Assembly (NCBI GenBank): GCA_045598785.1
Contig: JAZLMR010000087.1
Location: 1-55,659, forward strand
Direction of reading: 5' to 3'
Length of the DNA stretch: 55,659 nt
DNA from: Kiritimatiellia bacterium
GTDB taxonomy: Bacteria; Verrucomicrobiota; Kiritimatiellia; RFP12; UBA1067
Part shown: one piece after another, positions 8,175 to 18,900 of the stretch
How the letters are laid out: each line of letters begins with the position of its first letter
How positions within the stretch are numbered: the first letter of the stretch is position 1
Notes under the pieces: generated by a model
The model's database searches: none
What the model saw: the letters and a program-made list of their open reading frames with translations, nothing else
What the model was told of the DNA's origin: nothing
Position numbers and translations under genes: made by a program

Positions 8175-9810
8175 TGAACATCCCCATGTCCACCTTCAGT
8201 CCGCGGCTCTTCGCCTGGTCGATCCAGGTCGGCACCGCGCCCGTCGGCTTCATCGCCCCGAGCACCCGTCCGTGCTCGTCCACTCCCGTCTGCTCAAACG
8301 CAAACAGTTCCTGCATCACGATCTGACTGCCCTCCAGCCCGGTCACCTCGGTGATGGAAGTCACCTTGCGCGAACCGTCGCTCAGCCGCGACTCGTGGAT
8401 GACGATGTCGACCGCGCTCGCAATCTGTTCGCGGATCGCCCGGCTCGGCAAATCCATGCCGCTCATCAGCACCATCGTCTCCAGGCGGGAAATGACGTCG
8501 CGCGGCGAGTTCGCGTGCACGGTCGTGAGCGAACCGTCATGGCCGGTATTCATCGCCTGCAGCATGTCCAGCGACTCGCCGCCACGGCATTCGCCGACGA
8601 TGATGCGGTCGGGTCGCATTCGCAGGCAGTTCTTGACCAGATCGCGAATCGTCACCGCCCCCTTGCCCTCGATGTTCGGCGGCCGGGCTTCGAGCCGCAC
8701 GACATGCGGCTGCTGCAGGCGGAGCTCCGCCGCGTCCTCGACGGTGACGATGCGCTCGGTTTCGGGAATGTAGCCGGAAAGCAGGTTAAGGAGCGTGGTC
8801 TTGCCCGAACCGGTGCCGCCGGCGACGATGATGTTCTTGCGCAGCTCGACACAGAGCCGCATGAAATCGGCCGCGGCCGGCGTCCAGGTGCCGAAGCGGA
8901 TGAAGTCGGCCGGCGACAGCGCGCGTTTGGAAAACTTGCGGATCGTAATCGTCGGCCCGCTCAGCGCCAGCGGCGCGATGATGGCGTTGACGCGACTGCC
9001 GTCCGCGAGCCGGGCGTCCACATACGGCTGCGACTCGTCGATACGCCGGCCAAGCGGCGCGACAATGCGCTCGATCACCGCCAGCACGCTCGCGTCGTCG
9101 GAAAACTGACAGTCCGACAGCTGCAGCTTGCCGCCGCGCTCGACATAGACCCGCTCGGGGCCGTTGACCATGATTTCCGTAACCGTTTCGTCGGCCAGCA
9201 GCTCTTCCAGCGGCCCCAGCCGAAGCGCCTCATTGAAAACGTCCTCTTCCAGCCGCAGCGGATCGATCCCCTCCGGAAGCCGCCCATTGGCGATCACCTC
9301 GTCGATGATCTGGTGTATCCGATCGCGCGCATTGTCCTCCAGCCCCTCACGGTCCACGCCCTGCAGCGTGAGCTTCTTCATGTCCATGCGCTTCAGGAGC
9401 TCGTTCTGAATCTGGGTCTGGACATTGCGCCGGAGATCGCGCAGCGGATCCGGCTCCTCCGCCGGCAGTTCCGGCTCGACCTCCGGCTCCTCCGCCCGGG
9501 GCGGCTCCTCGGCCGCCGGCGCCGCCGGATGCGGACTCACCCGCAGCATGCCCGCGCCGATCTGGACGACCTTGCCGCCGTCCAGCGGCTCGGCCCCCTG
9601 GATCACCTCGCCGTTGACCAGCGTGCCGTTGGCGCTGTGCAGGTCTTCGATGACCACCTGTCCGTCGCGAACCGTCAGGATCGCATGCCGCTCGGAAACC
9701 TCTGGATACGGGAAGCGGATATGGCAGCCTTCGCCGCGCCCGATGAGATAGGTTCCGTCAACGAGCTCGCGCTCGTCTCGGCGGCCGTCAATCAGAGTCG
9801 TAAGCACCAT
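8167..9810 (-). CDS. cpaF: Flp pilus ATPase CpaF/TadA with N-terminal FHA domain
   Basis: FHA motifs IGR, SERHA, SANGT; Walker A GGTGSGKTT; LRMRPDRIIVGECRG; AMNTGHDGSLTTVHAN. Confidence 0.93.
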   Translation of the reverse strand: MVLTTLIDGRRDERELVDGTYLIGRGEGCHIRFPYPEVSERHAILTVRDGQVVIEDLHSANGTLVNGEVIQGAEPLDGGKVVQIGAGMLRVSPHPAAPAAEEPPRAEEPEVEPELPAEEPDPLRDLRRNVQTQIQNELLKRMDMKKLTLQGVDREGLEDNARDRIHQIIDEVIANGRLPEGIDPLRLEEDVFNEALRLGPLEELLADETVTEIMVNGPERVYVERGGKLQLSDCQFSDDASVLAVIERIVAPLGRRIDESQPYVDARLADGSRVNAIIAPLALSGPTITIRKFSKRALSPADFIRFGTWTPAAADFMRLCVELRKNIIVAGGTGSGKTTLLNLLSGYIPETERIVTVEDAAELRLQQPHVVRLEARPPNIEGKGAVTIRDLVKNCLRMRPDRIIVGECRGGESLDMLQAMNTGHDGSLTTVHANSPRDVISRLETMVLMSGMDLPSRAIREQIASAVDIVIHESRLSDGSRKVTSITEVTGLEGSQIVMQELFAFEQTGVDEHGRVLGAMKPTGAVPTWIDQAKSRGLKVDMGMFSD

Positions 9811-9812
9811 AA

Positions 9813-10616
9813 TCAGCGTCCGGTCATTTTCTGCGTCTGTCGCTTGAGGTTGAGCTCTTCGATTTCCGAGCGGATCTTCTCGAAGTCCACCTTGGGCAGC
9901 TCCTTCTCGTAGGAAGTGTCATTGCGATTGCGGAGCGTCAGCACCAGCCGGCCCTTGATCTGCTCGGCAAAGGCCAGCATCTCCGCCTCGCGGGGCGTCA
10001 CCTCCAGCGTCACCGTGGAGTAGGCGCTCGAATCCAGCGCGTTGCCGGCGCGCGACTTGGAAGTGCGCGAACCGGTCGCCAGCACCAGCACGTTCTGAAG
10101 AATCGTGCAGGTGACGAAATTCTTCCTGCCGGCCGAGCCCTCAAAGTCAAAGGTGCCGATCACATCCACATGGTCGTTGGGACGGACCATCGACGACACC
10201 GAAGCCGCGCCCGAGCAGTTGATCGACACCGCGCGCATCTGCCGCTTGATGTCGGCGGAGAGCCCGCGCGACTCGGGATTGCCGCCCTCGACGTCCGCCC
10301 AGAACGCCACCTCGCCCTTGCGGTGCCCGGTGAGCAGCTTGCGCCCGAGAATGTCGTTTAGGCCCTCCTTGGTGATCGCCTGCCCCTGCATGCCGACCTT
10401 CGGCACCTTGCGCTGCAGGAAGTCGGACCGTTCGAGCACCGTGCCCGCGGGGATGTCGTGCTCAAAGCAAAGCACCCAAAGCTCGCCGTAGCGGGCGCGG
10501 ATGGACTCCTTGACCTCGGCGACTTCCGCCTCCTTGGCGGAGAGATAGAACCGCGTCAGCAGCGCGGCCAGCACGCCGGCAACCAAGGCGACGATCAGCA
10601 CGAGCTTGCGTTTCAT
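9813..10616 (-). CDS. cpaB: Flp pilus assembly protein CpaB/RcpC
   Basis: N-terminal TM, SAF-like domain, MRAVSI...VRPNDHVDVI, ILQNVLVLA, VTLEVTPREAE. Confidence 0.9.
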   Translation of the reverse strand: MKRKLVLIVALVAGVLAALLTRFYLSAKEAEVAEVKESIRARYGELWVLCFEHDIPAGTVLERSDFLQRKVPKVGMQGQAITKEGLNDILGRKLLTGHRKGEVAFWADVEGGNPESRGLSADIKRQMRAVSINCSGAASVSSMVRPNDHVDVIGTFDFEGSAGRKNFVTCTILQNVLVLATGSRTSKSRAGNALDSSAYSTVTLEVTPREAEMLAFAEQIKGRLVLTLRNRNDTSYEKELPKVDFEKIRSEIEELNLKRQTQKMTGR

Positions 10617-12379
10617 CAGAACAGCCCCCTCACCTTGCCCGTCTGGACGTCGACGTCAATGCGCCGGTAAGCCGGCGACGCCGAAGTGCCGGGCATCAGC
10701 TTGATTTCGCCGGCGACCGGCACGATCAGCCCCGCGCCGCGATAGACGAGCACGTCCTTGACCGGCATCCGCCAGCCCTTCGGGCGGCCGAGCAGCTTGG
10801 GATCGTGCGACAGCGAATATTGCGTCTTGGCAATGCAAATCGGCAGCTGCGCCAACTCGGGGTCGGCCTGATAACGCGCAAGCTTCTCCAGGGCGAGCGG
10901 CTCGAAGTCGACACCGTCGCCGCCATAGACCTCCTGCACCTGCTTTTCGATCCGCGCCTTGAGCGGCTCGCCGAGGTCGCACAGGAACTCGAACCGGTTG
11001 GGCTCGTCGCAGGCGGCGATGACGGCCTGCGCCAGCTCCAGCGCCCCTTCGCCGCCTTTGAGCCAGTGATCGGAAACCGCAAACCGCGCCCCGGCCGCCT
11101 CCGCCACCTTGCGCACCAGTTCGCGCTCGGCCAGCGTGTCGGTGTAGAAGGCGTTGAGACAGACTACCGGCTGGATGCCGCTGCGGCGGATGATGTCGAT
11201 ATGCGCGAGCAGGTTGTCGCAGCCCTTCTGCAGAAGCTCGAGGTTTTCCGTCGTGTAGACCGGATCGAGCGGCAGCCCCGCCTTGACCGCCGGCGCCCCG
11301 CCGTGCGCCTTGAGCGCGCGCACCGTCGCCACCAGCACCACGGCGTCGGGCTTCAGACCCGAACAGCGGCACTTGATGTTCCAGAACTTCTCATAGCCCA
11401 TGTCGGAAGCGAAGCCGGACTCCGTGACCACATAATCGCCCAGCGCCGAGGCGAGCCGGTCGGCGACCACCGAATTCTGGCCGATCGCGATGTTGGCGAA
11501 CGGCCCCGCGTGCACGAACATCGGCTGACCTTCGATCGACTGCATCAGCGTCGGCTTGATGGCGTTGACCAGCAGCGCGCACATCGCGCCGTCGACCTCC
11601 AGGTCGCGGGTCGTAATCGGCGCGCCGGACTTCGAGTAGGCGACGATGATCCTGGCCAGCCGCGCGCGCAGGTCGGCGAGATCCGAGCTCATCGCCAGAA
11701 TCGCCATCACCTCGGAGGCGACGGTAATGTAAAAGCCGGAACTGCAGGCATAGCCGTCGAGCCTGCCGCCCCTGCCGATCTCGATATTGCGGCGCCCCTG
11801 GGCGCAGAAGTCCATCGCCCAGCGGAACTGAATGCGGTTTTCGTCGATGTCGAGCCGCTTGAGCCCGCGCTCCGCGAGCCAGGCATCGTCATGGTTGCGC
11901 TCGTGCTGCATGCGCGAGTTGAGCGCGACCATCGCGAGATTGTTGGCGTTGGTGATGGCGTCGATGTCGCCGGTCAGCCCGAGCGACAGCGAGGTGAGCG
12001 GAATCACCTGCGCGAGCCCGCCGCCGGCCGCGCTGCCCTTGATGTTGAAGGTCGGGCCGCCGGACGGCTGCCGGACGCAGCCGATCACCTTCTTGCCCAG
12101 TTTGCCCAGCCCCTCGACCAGCCCGAGCGTGGTCGTGGTCTTACCCTCGCCCAGCGCCGTCGGGGTGATCGCGGTGACGTCGATGTACTTGCCCTTCCGG
12201 CCGGCGCCCGTGCGGGCGAGCACCTTGGTGACGTCGACCTTGGCCAGATATTTGCCATAGGCCTCCCATTCGTCGTCCTGAAGCCCCAGTTCCGCAATCA
12301 GTTCGGCCGCGGGCTTCATTCCGGCTTCGGCCGCCTCGGCGACCTGCCAGTCCTTCATCTTCGTCGGATCGAGTTTCAT
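10616..12379 (-). CDS. fhs: Formate--tetrahydrofolate ligase
   Basis: TAITPTALGEGKTTT, KGSAAGGG, HAGPFANIA, VVTESGF, ICIAKTQYSLS. Start moved to MKLDP at 12379, downstream of a purine-rich SD. Confidence 0.95.
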   Translation of the reverse strand: MKLDPTKMKDWQVAEAAEAGMKPAAELIAELGLQDDEWEAYGKYLAKVDVTKVLARTGAGRKGKYIDVTAITPTALGEGKTTTTLGLVEGLGKLGKKVIGCVRQPSGGPTFNIKGSAAGGGLAQVIPLTSLSLGLTGDIDAITNANNLAMVALNSRMQHERNHDDAWLAERGLKRLDIDENRIQFRWAMDFCAQGRRNIEIGRGGRLDGYACSSGFYITVASEVMAILAMSSDLADLRARLARIIVAYSKSGAPITTRDLEVDGAMCALLVNAIKPTLMQSIEGQPMFVHAGPFANIAIGQNSVVADRLASALGDYVVTESGFASDMGYEKFWNIKCRCSGLKPDAVVLVATVRALKAHGGAPAVKAGLPLDPVYTTENLELLQKGCDNLLAHIDIIRRSGIQPVVCLNAFYTDTLAERELVRKVAEAAGARFAVSDHWLKGGEGALELAQAVIAACDEPNRFEFLCDLGEPLKARIEKQVQEVYGGDGVDFEPLALEKLARYQADPELAQLPICIAKTQYSLSHDPKLLGRPKGWRMPVKDVLVYRGAGLIVPVAGEIKLMPGTSASPAYRRIDVDVQTGKVRGLF

Positions 12380-12410
12380 CGCTAGCGATTCCCTTCTCTG
12401 AAATGCATGT

Positions 12411-13712
12411 TTACGAACGCGGCCAGAACTTGTCGGAAAGCTTGGACGGTATGCCAACTTCGGTGCGCTCGAAATTGTCGGCCAGGATCTTCCAGCCGAG
12501 ATCCAGCGCCTGCTCCAGCGGAATGTTGACCGAAAGGTCCATCATGTGCTTTTCAAAGTCGGCGCCGTATTTGAGCAGCTTCTGATCCCACGCCGACATC
12601 TTGAAGCCCATCGACTGCTTTTCAATCGTCTCCTTGTACTGGGCGTAGAGCTTGATCATCGCGTCCATGATCGTGCGATGGTCTTCGCGCGTCGTCTTGT
12701 TGACCTGCTGCTTGAGCCGCGACAGCGAACCGAACGGCTCGATGCGGCCGCCCTTGAGATAGAACTGCCCCTCGGTGATGTAGCCGGTGTTGTCCGGCAC
12801 CGGGTGGGTGACGTCGTCGCCCGGCATCGTCGTCACCGCCAGAATGGTGATGGAGCCCGCGCCGTCGAAGTCGACCGCCTTCTCATAGCGGGCCGCCAGC
12901 TGCGAATAGAGGTCGCCGGGATAGCCGCGGTTGGAGGGGATCTGCTCCATGGTGATCGCGATTTCCTTCATCGCATCGGCAAACGAGGTCATGTCGGTCA
13001 GGAGCACCAGCACGTTCTTGCCTTCCAGCGCGAACTTTTCCGCCACCGCCAACGACACGTCCGGCACCAGCATGCACTCGACCGTCGGATCGGCGGCGGT
13101 GTGAACGAACATCACCGTCTTCGCAAGCGCCCCCGACTGGTCGAGCGTCGAACGGAACTTCAGGTATTCGTCGTATTTAAGCCCCATGCCGCCGATGATG
13201 ATGACATCGGAGTCGGCCTGCAGCGCAATACGCGCCAGCAGTTCGTTGTAGGGCTCGCCCGCCCGGGCGAAAATCGGCAGCTTCTGCGACTTCACCAGCG
13301 AGTTAAAGAGGTCAATCATCGGAATGTTCGTGCGCACCATCTCATGCGGCATGATGCGGCGCGCGGGATTTACCGAAGGCTGGCCGATGGGCGAGGGATT
13401 CTCGTCGATCGCGGGGCCGCCGTCGCGCGGCACGCCCGCGCCGGTGAAGGCCCGGCCGAGCAAGGCCGACGAAAACGGCACTTTCATCGTTTCGCCGAGG
13501 AAGCGCACGCGGGCGGAAGTGTCGACGCCGCGCGCACCGGCAAAGATCTGCAGGGTGACGTTCTCGCCGTCGAGCTTGATGACCTGGGCAAGCGAAGTTC
13601 CCGCCCGCGATTCGACTTCGGCGATTTCGTTGTAGCTGACGCCGGTCGCCCTTAAGGTCGCGACCGAACCGGAAAGCGCGTCAAGCTGGTGATAAACCTT
13701 ATTATTAAACAT
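12411..13712 (-). CDS. ntpB: V/A-type ATP synthase subunit B
   Basis: [54 protein letters not shown]. Confidence 0.93.
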   Translation of the reverse strand: MFNNKVYHQLDALSGSVATLRATGVSYNEIAEVESRAGTSLAQVIKLDGENVTLQIFAGARGVDTSARVRFLGETMKVPFSSALLGRAFTGAGVPRDGGPAIDENPSPIGQPSVNPARRIMPHEMVRTNIPMIDLFNSLVKSQKLPIFARAGEPYNELLARIALQADSDVIIIGGMGLKYDEYLKFRSTLDQSGALAKTVMFVHTAADPTVECMLVPDVSLAVAEKFALEGKNVLVLLTDMTSFADAMKEIAITMEQIPSNRGYPGDLYSQLAARYEKAVDFDGAGSITILAVTTMPGDDVTHPVPDNTGYITEGQFYLKGGRIEPFGSLSRLKQQVNKTTREDHRTIMDAMIKLYAQYKETIEKQSMGFKMSAWDQKLLKYGADFEKHMMDLSVNIPLEQALDLGWKILADNFERTEVGIPSKLSDKFWPRS

Positions 13713-13728
13713 ATTGGTGATTATATCA
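13713..13728 (-). promoter_or_regulatory. Extended -10 (TGATATAAT) 7 nt upstream of ATG; probable leaderless promoter
   Basis: Minus strand reads TGATATAAT-caccaat-ATG; no SD. Confidence 0.6.
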
Positions 13729-14145
13729 CAAACTGATTGGCAAAACCAGTTCAGCCAAAGGCTTCATGACGAATTCGCGGCTGCGCGAGCGCGGATGCGG
13801 CAGCGTCAGCTCCGGCTCGTTCAGCCGCAGGCCGCCAAAATCGATGAGATCGAGGTCAATCGTCCGCGGACCGTTCTTCACCGTTCGCACGCGGCCGAGC
13901 TCAGCTTCGATCGCATGCATCCGCCGCGAGAAGTCGTGCACCTCCAGCGCCGTCTCGAACACCGCCACCTGATTGAGGAACTTGAGCGCCGCAAACTCCG
14001 CCGGCACTCCGACCCCTTCGGTCTCCAAAACCGAACTCGCCTTCACGAGCCGCGTCTGCGGCAGAACGGAGAGCGCCGCGAGCGCCCTTTCCAAGTACTC
14101 ACGGCGCGGTTCCAGATTAGAGCCGAGGGCCACGATCGCCCGCAT
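13726..14145 (-). CDS. folK: 2-amino-4-hydroxy-6-hydroxymethyldihydropteridine diphosphokinase
   Basis: [28 protein letters not shown]. Confidence 0.95.
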   Translation of the reverse strand: MRAIVALGSNLEPRREYLERALAALSVLPQTRLVKASSVLETEGVGVPAEFAALKFLNQVAVFETALEVHDFSRRMHAIEAELGRVRTVKNGPRTIDLDLIDFGGLRLNEPELTLPHPRSRSREFVMKPLAELVLPISL

Positions 14146-14161
14146 CGAGCGACCTTTCGCC

Positions 14162-15904
14162 TCAGGCCTTCAATTCGGCCTGAAGCTTCGCGAGGAAATC
14201 CTCAAGCTTCATCGCCCCTAGATCGCCTTCGACGCGGGAGCGGACGGAAATCTGCCCCGCCGCCTCGTCCCGCGGGCCGACCACGACCTGATAGGGAACC
14301 TTCATCAGCGTCGCCGCGCGGATCTTGGCGCCGAGCTTCTCGGCCGACTGATCGAGATCGACCAGCAGCCCCGCCGCCCGCAGCGCCGCCTGAATTCGCT
14401 TCGCATAGTCAAGCGCCTTGTCGGAAATCGGCAGGATGCGCACCTGCTCGGGCGCGAGCCACAGCGGGAACGCGCCGGCGTAATGCTCGATCAGGATGCC
14501 GAAGAACCGCTCGATCGACCCCAGCAACGCGCGATGCACCATATAGGGCTGATGGTCCTTGCCGTCGGCGCCGACATAGGTGAGGTTGAAGCGCTCCGGC
14601 AGATTGAAGTCGAACTGCACCGTTCCGAGCTGCCACGGCCGGCCCAGCGCATCCTTGATCTTCATGTCGATCTTCGGGCCGTAGAAGGCGCCGCCACCCT
14701 CGTCGACCTCGTAGGTCATGCCTTCCTGATCGAGCGCATCGCGCAGGGACTGCGTCGCCTGCTCCCAGCGCGCGGGATCGCCGACCGCCTTCTCGGGCTT
14801 GGTCGAGAGAAACGCTTGGATGTCGTGGAAGCCGAACTTGCCCAGCATCTTCTTCGCGAACTCGACCGTGTCCTTGATCTCCTGAACGATCTGCTCGGGC
14901 GTGCAGAAGATGTGTGCGTCATCCTGGGTAAAGCCGCGGACGCGGAACATGCCGTGGCGGACGCCGTCCTTCTCGTAGCGGTAGACCGTGCCGAGCTCGC
15001 AGTAGCGGATCGGCAGATCGCGATACGAGCGCTTCTCGAACTGGTAGCACTGGATGTGGAACGGGCAGTTCATCGGCTTGACGTAGTAGTCCTGGATGTA
15101 CGCGTCGGCGCCCTCGCCTTCCTGCACGTGCATTACCGGGAACATGCCTTCCTTGTAGAAACCGAGATGACCGGAAGTCTCCCAGAGGTTGGACTTGCCG
15201 ACATGCGGCGTGTAGACGACCTCGTAACCGGCCTCGTAGTGCTTCTGCCGCCAGTAGTTCTCGATCGCCACGCGGACCCGGGCACCGCGCGGCAGCCAGT
15301 GCGCCAGCCCCGGCCCCACGGTGTCGTTGATGGTAAAGAGCTTGAGCTGCTTGCCCAGGACGCGGTGATCGCGCTTCTTCGCCTCTTCCTCACGCTCGAC
15401 AATCGCCTTGAGCTCGGCTTCGTCCTTGCCGACAATGCCGTAGACGCGCTGCAGCATCTTGTTGTTCTCGTCGCCGCGGTAATAACTGCCTGCGACCTTG
15501 GTGAGCTTCACCGCCCCGATCTGGGCGGAATGCCCGACATGGGGACCGCGGCACATCTCGACATAGTCGCCGACCGAATAGGTGGAAATCGCGACCCCGT
15601 CGTTGATGACATCCTGCAAACGCTCGAGCTTGTACTTCTGGCCCGCCAGCAGCTGCCGCGCCTCGTCGTCCGAGACCTCCCTGCGGACAAACGGCTCGTC
15701 CAGCGCGATAAGCCGCGCGATTTCCGCCTCGATCTTCGGGAAGTCCTCGGGCGAAATGCGGTGCTCAAGATCGAAATCGTAGTAAAAGCCCTCGTCGGTC
15801 GCCGGACCAATGTCAACCTGTACGCCCTCGAAAAGGTTCATAATCGCGCGCGCCATCAAATGCGCCGCGCTGTGCCGCCGTTGCTGATCAGTGATTTCTG
15901 CCAT
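14162..15904 (-). CDS. thrS: Threonine--tRNA ligase (short form lacking the TGS domain)
   Basis: RHSAAHLMA, CRGPH, RDHRVLG, KPMNCP, RVRGFTQDDAHIFC, GAFYGPKID, HRALLGSIERF. Confidence 0.97.
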   Translation of the reverse strand: MAEITDQQRRHSAAHLMARAIMNLFEGVQVDIGPATDEGFYYDFDLEHRISPEDFPKIEAEIARLIALDEPFVRREVSDDEARQLLAGQKYKLERLQDVINDGVAISTYSVGDYVEMCRGPHVGHSAQIGAVKLTKVAGSYYRGDENNKMLQRVYGIVGKDEAELKAIVEREEEAKKRDHRVLGKQLKLFTINDTVGPGLAHWLPRGARVRVAIENYWRQKHYEAGYEVVYTPHVGKSNLWETSGHLGFYKEGMFPVMHVQEGEGADAYIQDYYVKPMNCPFHIQCYQFEKRSYRDLPIRYCELGTVYRYEKDGVRHGMFRVRGFTQDDAHIFCTPEQIVQEIKDTVEFAKKMLGKFGFHDIQAFLSTKPEKAVGDPARWEQATQSLRDALDQEGMTYEVDEGGGAFYGPKIDMKIKDALGRPWQLGTVQFDFNLPERFNLTYVGADGKDHQPYMVHRALLGSIERFFGILIEHYAGAFPLWLAPEQVRILPISDKALDYAKRIQAALRAAGLLVDLDQSAEKLGAKIRAATLMKVPYQVVVGPRDEAAGQISVRSRVEGDLGAMKLEDFLAKLQAELKA

Positions 15905-15970
15905 GTTGCCCCCTAAATTTTGCCGAATATTATACCATAATGCCCGACATCATGACCGGACAACCGCCGA

Positions 15971-18900
15971 TCAGAAGTCCAGTCGCAGCACCGGGCATTC
16001 GTTGGCCAGGTCGTCGGCAGGCAGATTCAGGATATGCAGCGCCGCGTTCCGGCCGTGGAAGAACTCCCAGGGCGTCACTTCGACCAAGTGCGGATACTCC
16101 TTGCCGTTGTTGAGCAACGTCACCCGCTTCGGCTTCGCCGTCCAGTACTTGGCGACGAAACCGGTGGCGTTCAAGCCGTTGTTGAGATGCAGATAGACCG
16201 AACGCCCGCGCCGCGTGACGTCGCCGAGCTTACGGTCCATAAGCCCGTGCGCCGTCTCGACCCCGCGATACGACTCCCGCACCTTCGCATACCACTCGCC
16301 CACCGCCGCCATCGCCTTCACCGACTCCTCGGGAATCGTGCCGTCGCTCTTCGGCCCGACATTCAGCAAGAAGTTGCACCCGGCCGCCAGGAAGCGGTCG
16401 ATTGACCGCGTCAGATAGCCCTTCGTCCGATAGTCCTCGTTGATGCGATACCCCCAGCTGTGTACGCCCGTCGAGTCGCAAGCCTCGGCAAACTTCCGAA
16501 AGGTGATGTCCTCGCCCTCCGACCGCTCCGGCGTCGAATAGTCGAAATCTTCGCCGTCATCGCGCCAGCCGCGGTTGTTGATCATGATGCCCGACTGCAG
16601 CGAGCGCACGTATTCGTTCATCTCCGGCCGCTCGATGCGGGTGCGAATGTCCCAGAAGAAGCAGCAGATCTCGCCATAGCGGGTCAGCAGCTCGCGAATC
16701 TGCGCGCGCTGGTAGTCGATCAGCCGCTCTAGGTCGGGCTGGTCGCCGGCTTCCAGCGGAATCTGATGCGAGCTCCTGGCGTTGTTGGCAAACGGCGCGT
16801 TCCAGTCGGGATTCGAGTAGTAGAACCCAAGCTTCATGCCGCGCCGCCGGCAGGCCGCCGCCAGCTCGCCGATGAGGTCGCGCTTCGCGGGCGTATTCAT
16901 CACGTTATAGTCGGTCGTCTCCGTCGCCCACATGCAGAAGCCGTCATGATGCTTGGTGGTGATTACGATATATTCGGCCCCGGCGGACTCGGCCACGTCG
17001 ATGAAGTGGTCGGGGTCGAACTTCTCGGCCCGGAACTCCTGCATGTGCCGCTCGTATTCCTTGCGCGGAATCCCCAGCCGCCACTGCTCCTGCTCATGCC
17101 AGCCCGCGACCGAATAGATGCCCCAGTGAATGAACATTCCGAGCCGCCGGTCAAAGAGCTTCCAGCCCTCGATCTTCTCCTTCTCGACCTCAAAGAGCCG
17201 CACCTCGCCCGCCGCAAATTCATAAGTGCGCCGCGCGCCGTCGCCAAAATCGACCTCCAGCGGTCCCGCCTCGCGCGATGCGACCATCACATACCCTTCG
17301 GCCGCCTCGACATAGGCCTTGCCCGGCGCGGTATAGACCCGCCCGCCGGCCGCCTTCACGCGCTCGGCAATGGCCGCGCTCTCCAGGTCCGACGGCGTCG
17401 GATCGTCCACAAAGGCGATTTCCGGATGCGCCGCCTTGACCGCCTGCAGCTTCGCCTGCATTTCCGCCGTCAGCGACTTGCAGCCGACCAGATACACGAG
17501 CTTCACCGGCGGCGGATTCTCCACCAGGTCGGCCAGCAGATAAAGTCCGTAGGTGGTACCCGACCAGATGGCGCCGCGAACGTCCAGAAGCGGCCATTGC
17601 CAAGTGCTGGCAAGCCAGCCGTTGCAGATCAGCGAAGGCTCGTCGACCACGATCGCCACCTCCGGCACATACGGCGACGAGCGCTTCAACATGGCGTCGT
17701 CCAGCCCGTTCAACTCGCGACGGACGTCCCACATGGTCTTGTCCTGATACCAGCCCTGGCCGAACAAATCCATCCACCAGTCGCCATAGCCGCGCAGAAT
17801 GGTCGAAATCGCGTTGCGCTTCAGCGTTTGCCAGGTCTGCCACGCATCGTCATTGGGCTTAAAGGACTTCAAATGGGCCATTTCCCAAATGTCCAGCCGG
17901 TGCGTCCGCTCGTCGACTTCGTTGATCCAGAGGTAGCCCCGGCGGTTGATCGTTTCCGCGGCGCTCAGCGTGGACACGCTGCCGACGGGTCCGCGATCGC
18001 GATAGCTGACCGGCCCCGAAAAGCCGTCGATGACGCCCCGGGCGTGCTTCGTAAGCCAGTCCACGGCAAAATGCCCGGTCTCGCCCGCGCCCGAATCCGG
18101 CGCGCCCAGCTCAAAGCTGTAGCCGTAGAAGAACACCGCGAGCTTGCTGCCGTTCGAGCCGCGCTTGATCGCCTCGCCCATCGACTTGAGCAAGGTCGCG
18201 ATCTCCATCGCGCGAAAGTCCATGTAATCGAGAAGCCGCGCATCTTCGCGCTTCGCCGGATCGAGAATGCCGCCGTTCGGGCGCTCGGTCATGCGGTCTT
18301 CGGCCGTCGGCACTTCCGCCGTCGCCCAGTCGGCGGCGCCCTTCGCCTTCAGGTATTCGCGGAAGGCGTCCCGCGAACCGACGTCATATCCCGACCGATC
18401 CTCGGTCATCGACATCATGTAGTACCATTCGGCGGAATTCTGCCCGCCGACATGCAGCCCGGCGAAGTTCCGGGGATACTTCTCGGTCAGATGCCGGGTG
18501 AGCTTCTCCAGTTGCTGGCACACCTGCTCGCGATAAGGCCGATAGGAAACCGAGGACATGTCGATCGTAAAGCCGCGATGGAACTTCATCTTGGCCTCCG
18601 GGTGTCGCTGCAAGAACCAGTTCGGGGCGTTGCCGATCACCCGCGGCATCAGCATCGCATTGGTGTTGACGGAAATGAGATGATCCATGATCGCGTCAAT
18701 CCGCGCATACCCGCGCTCGTCGCCCGCTTCGTTCCACCAGTCGTCGCATCCCCAGGAAGAGTCCGTCGAGAAAGTGATGAAGTCAACCCCGGCGGCGGCG
18801 GCCAGCCTGGTAGTCTCGCCCAAGGTGTCGCCATACGGAAACGGCAAGCGCTTCAACTCGCCGTCGGCCGCCCGATACTGCGCCTTATAAGTGAAATAAG

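Noticed and set aside
11785-11815. Fhs segment CAQGRRNI where CAQALRNI might be expected
   Set aside because: Could be two substitutions or base-call errors; the frame is intact and it cannot be evaluated without reads.
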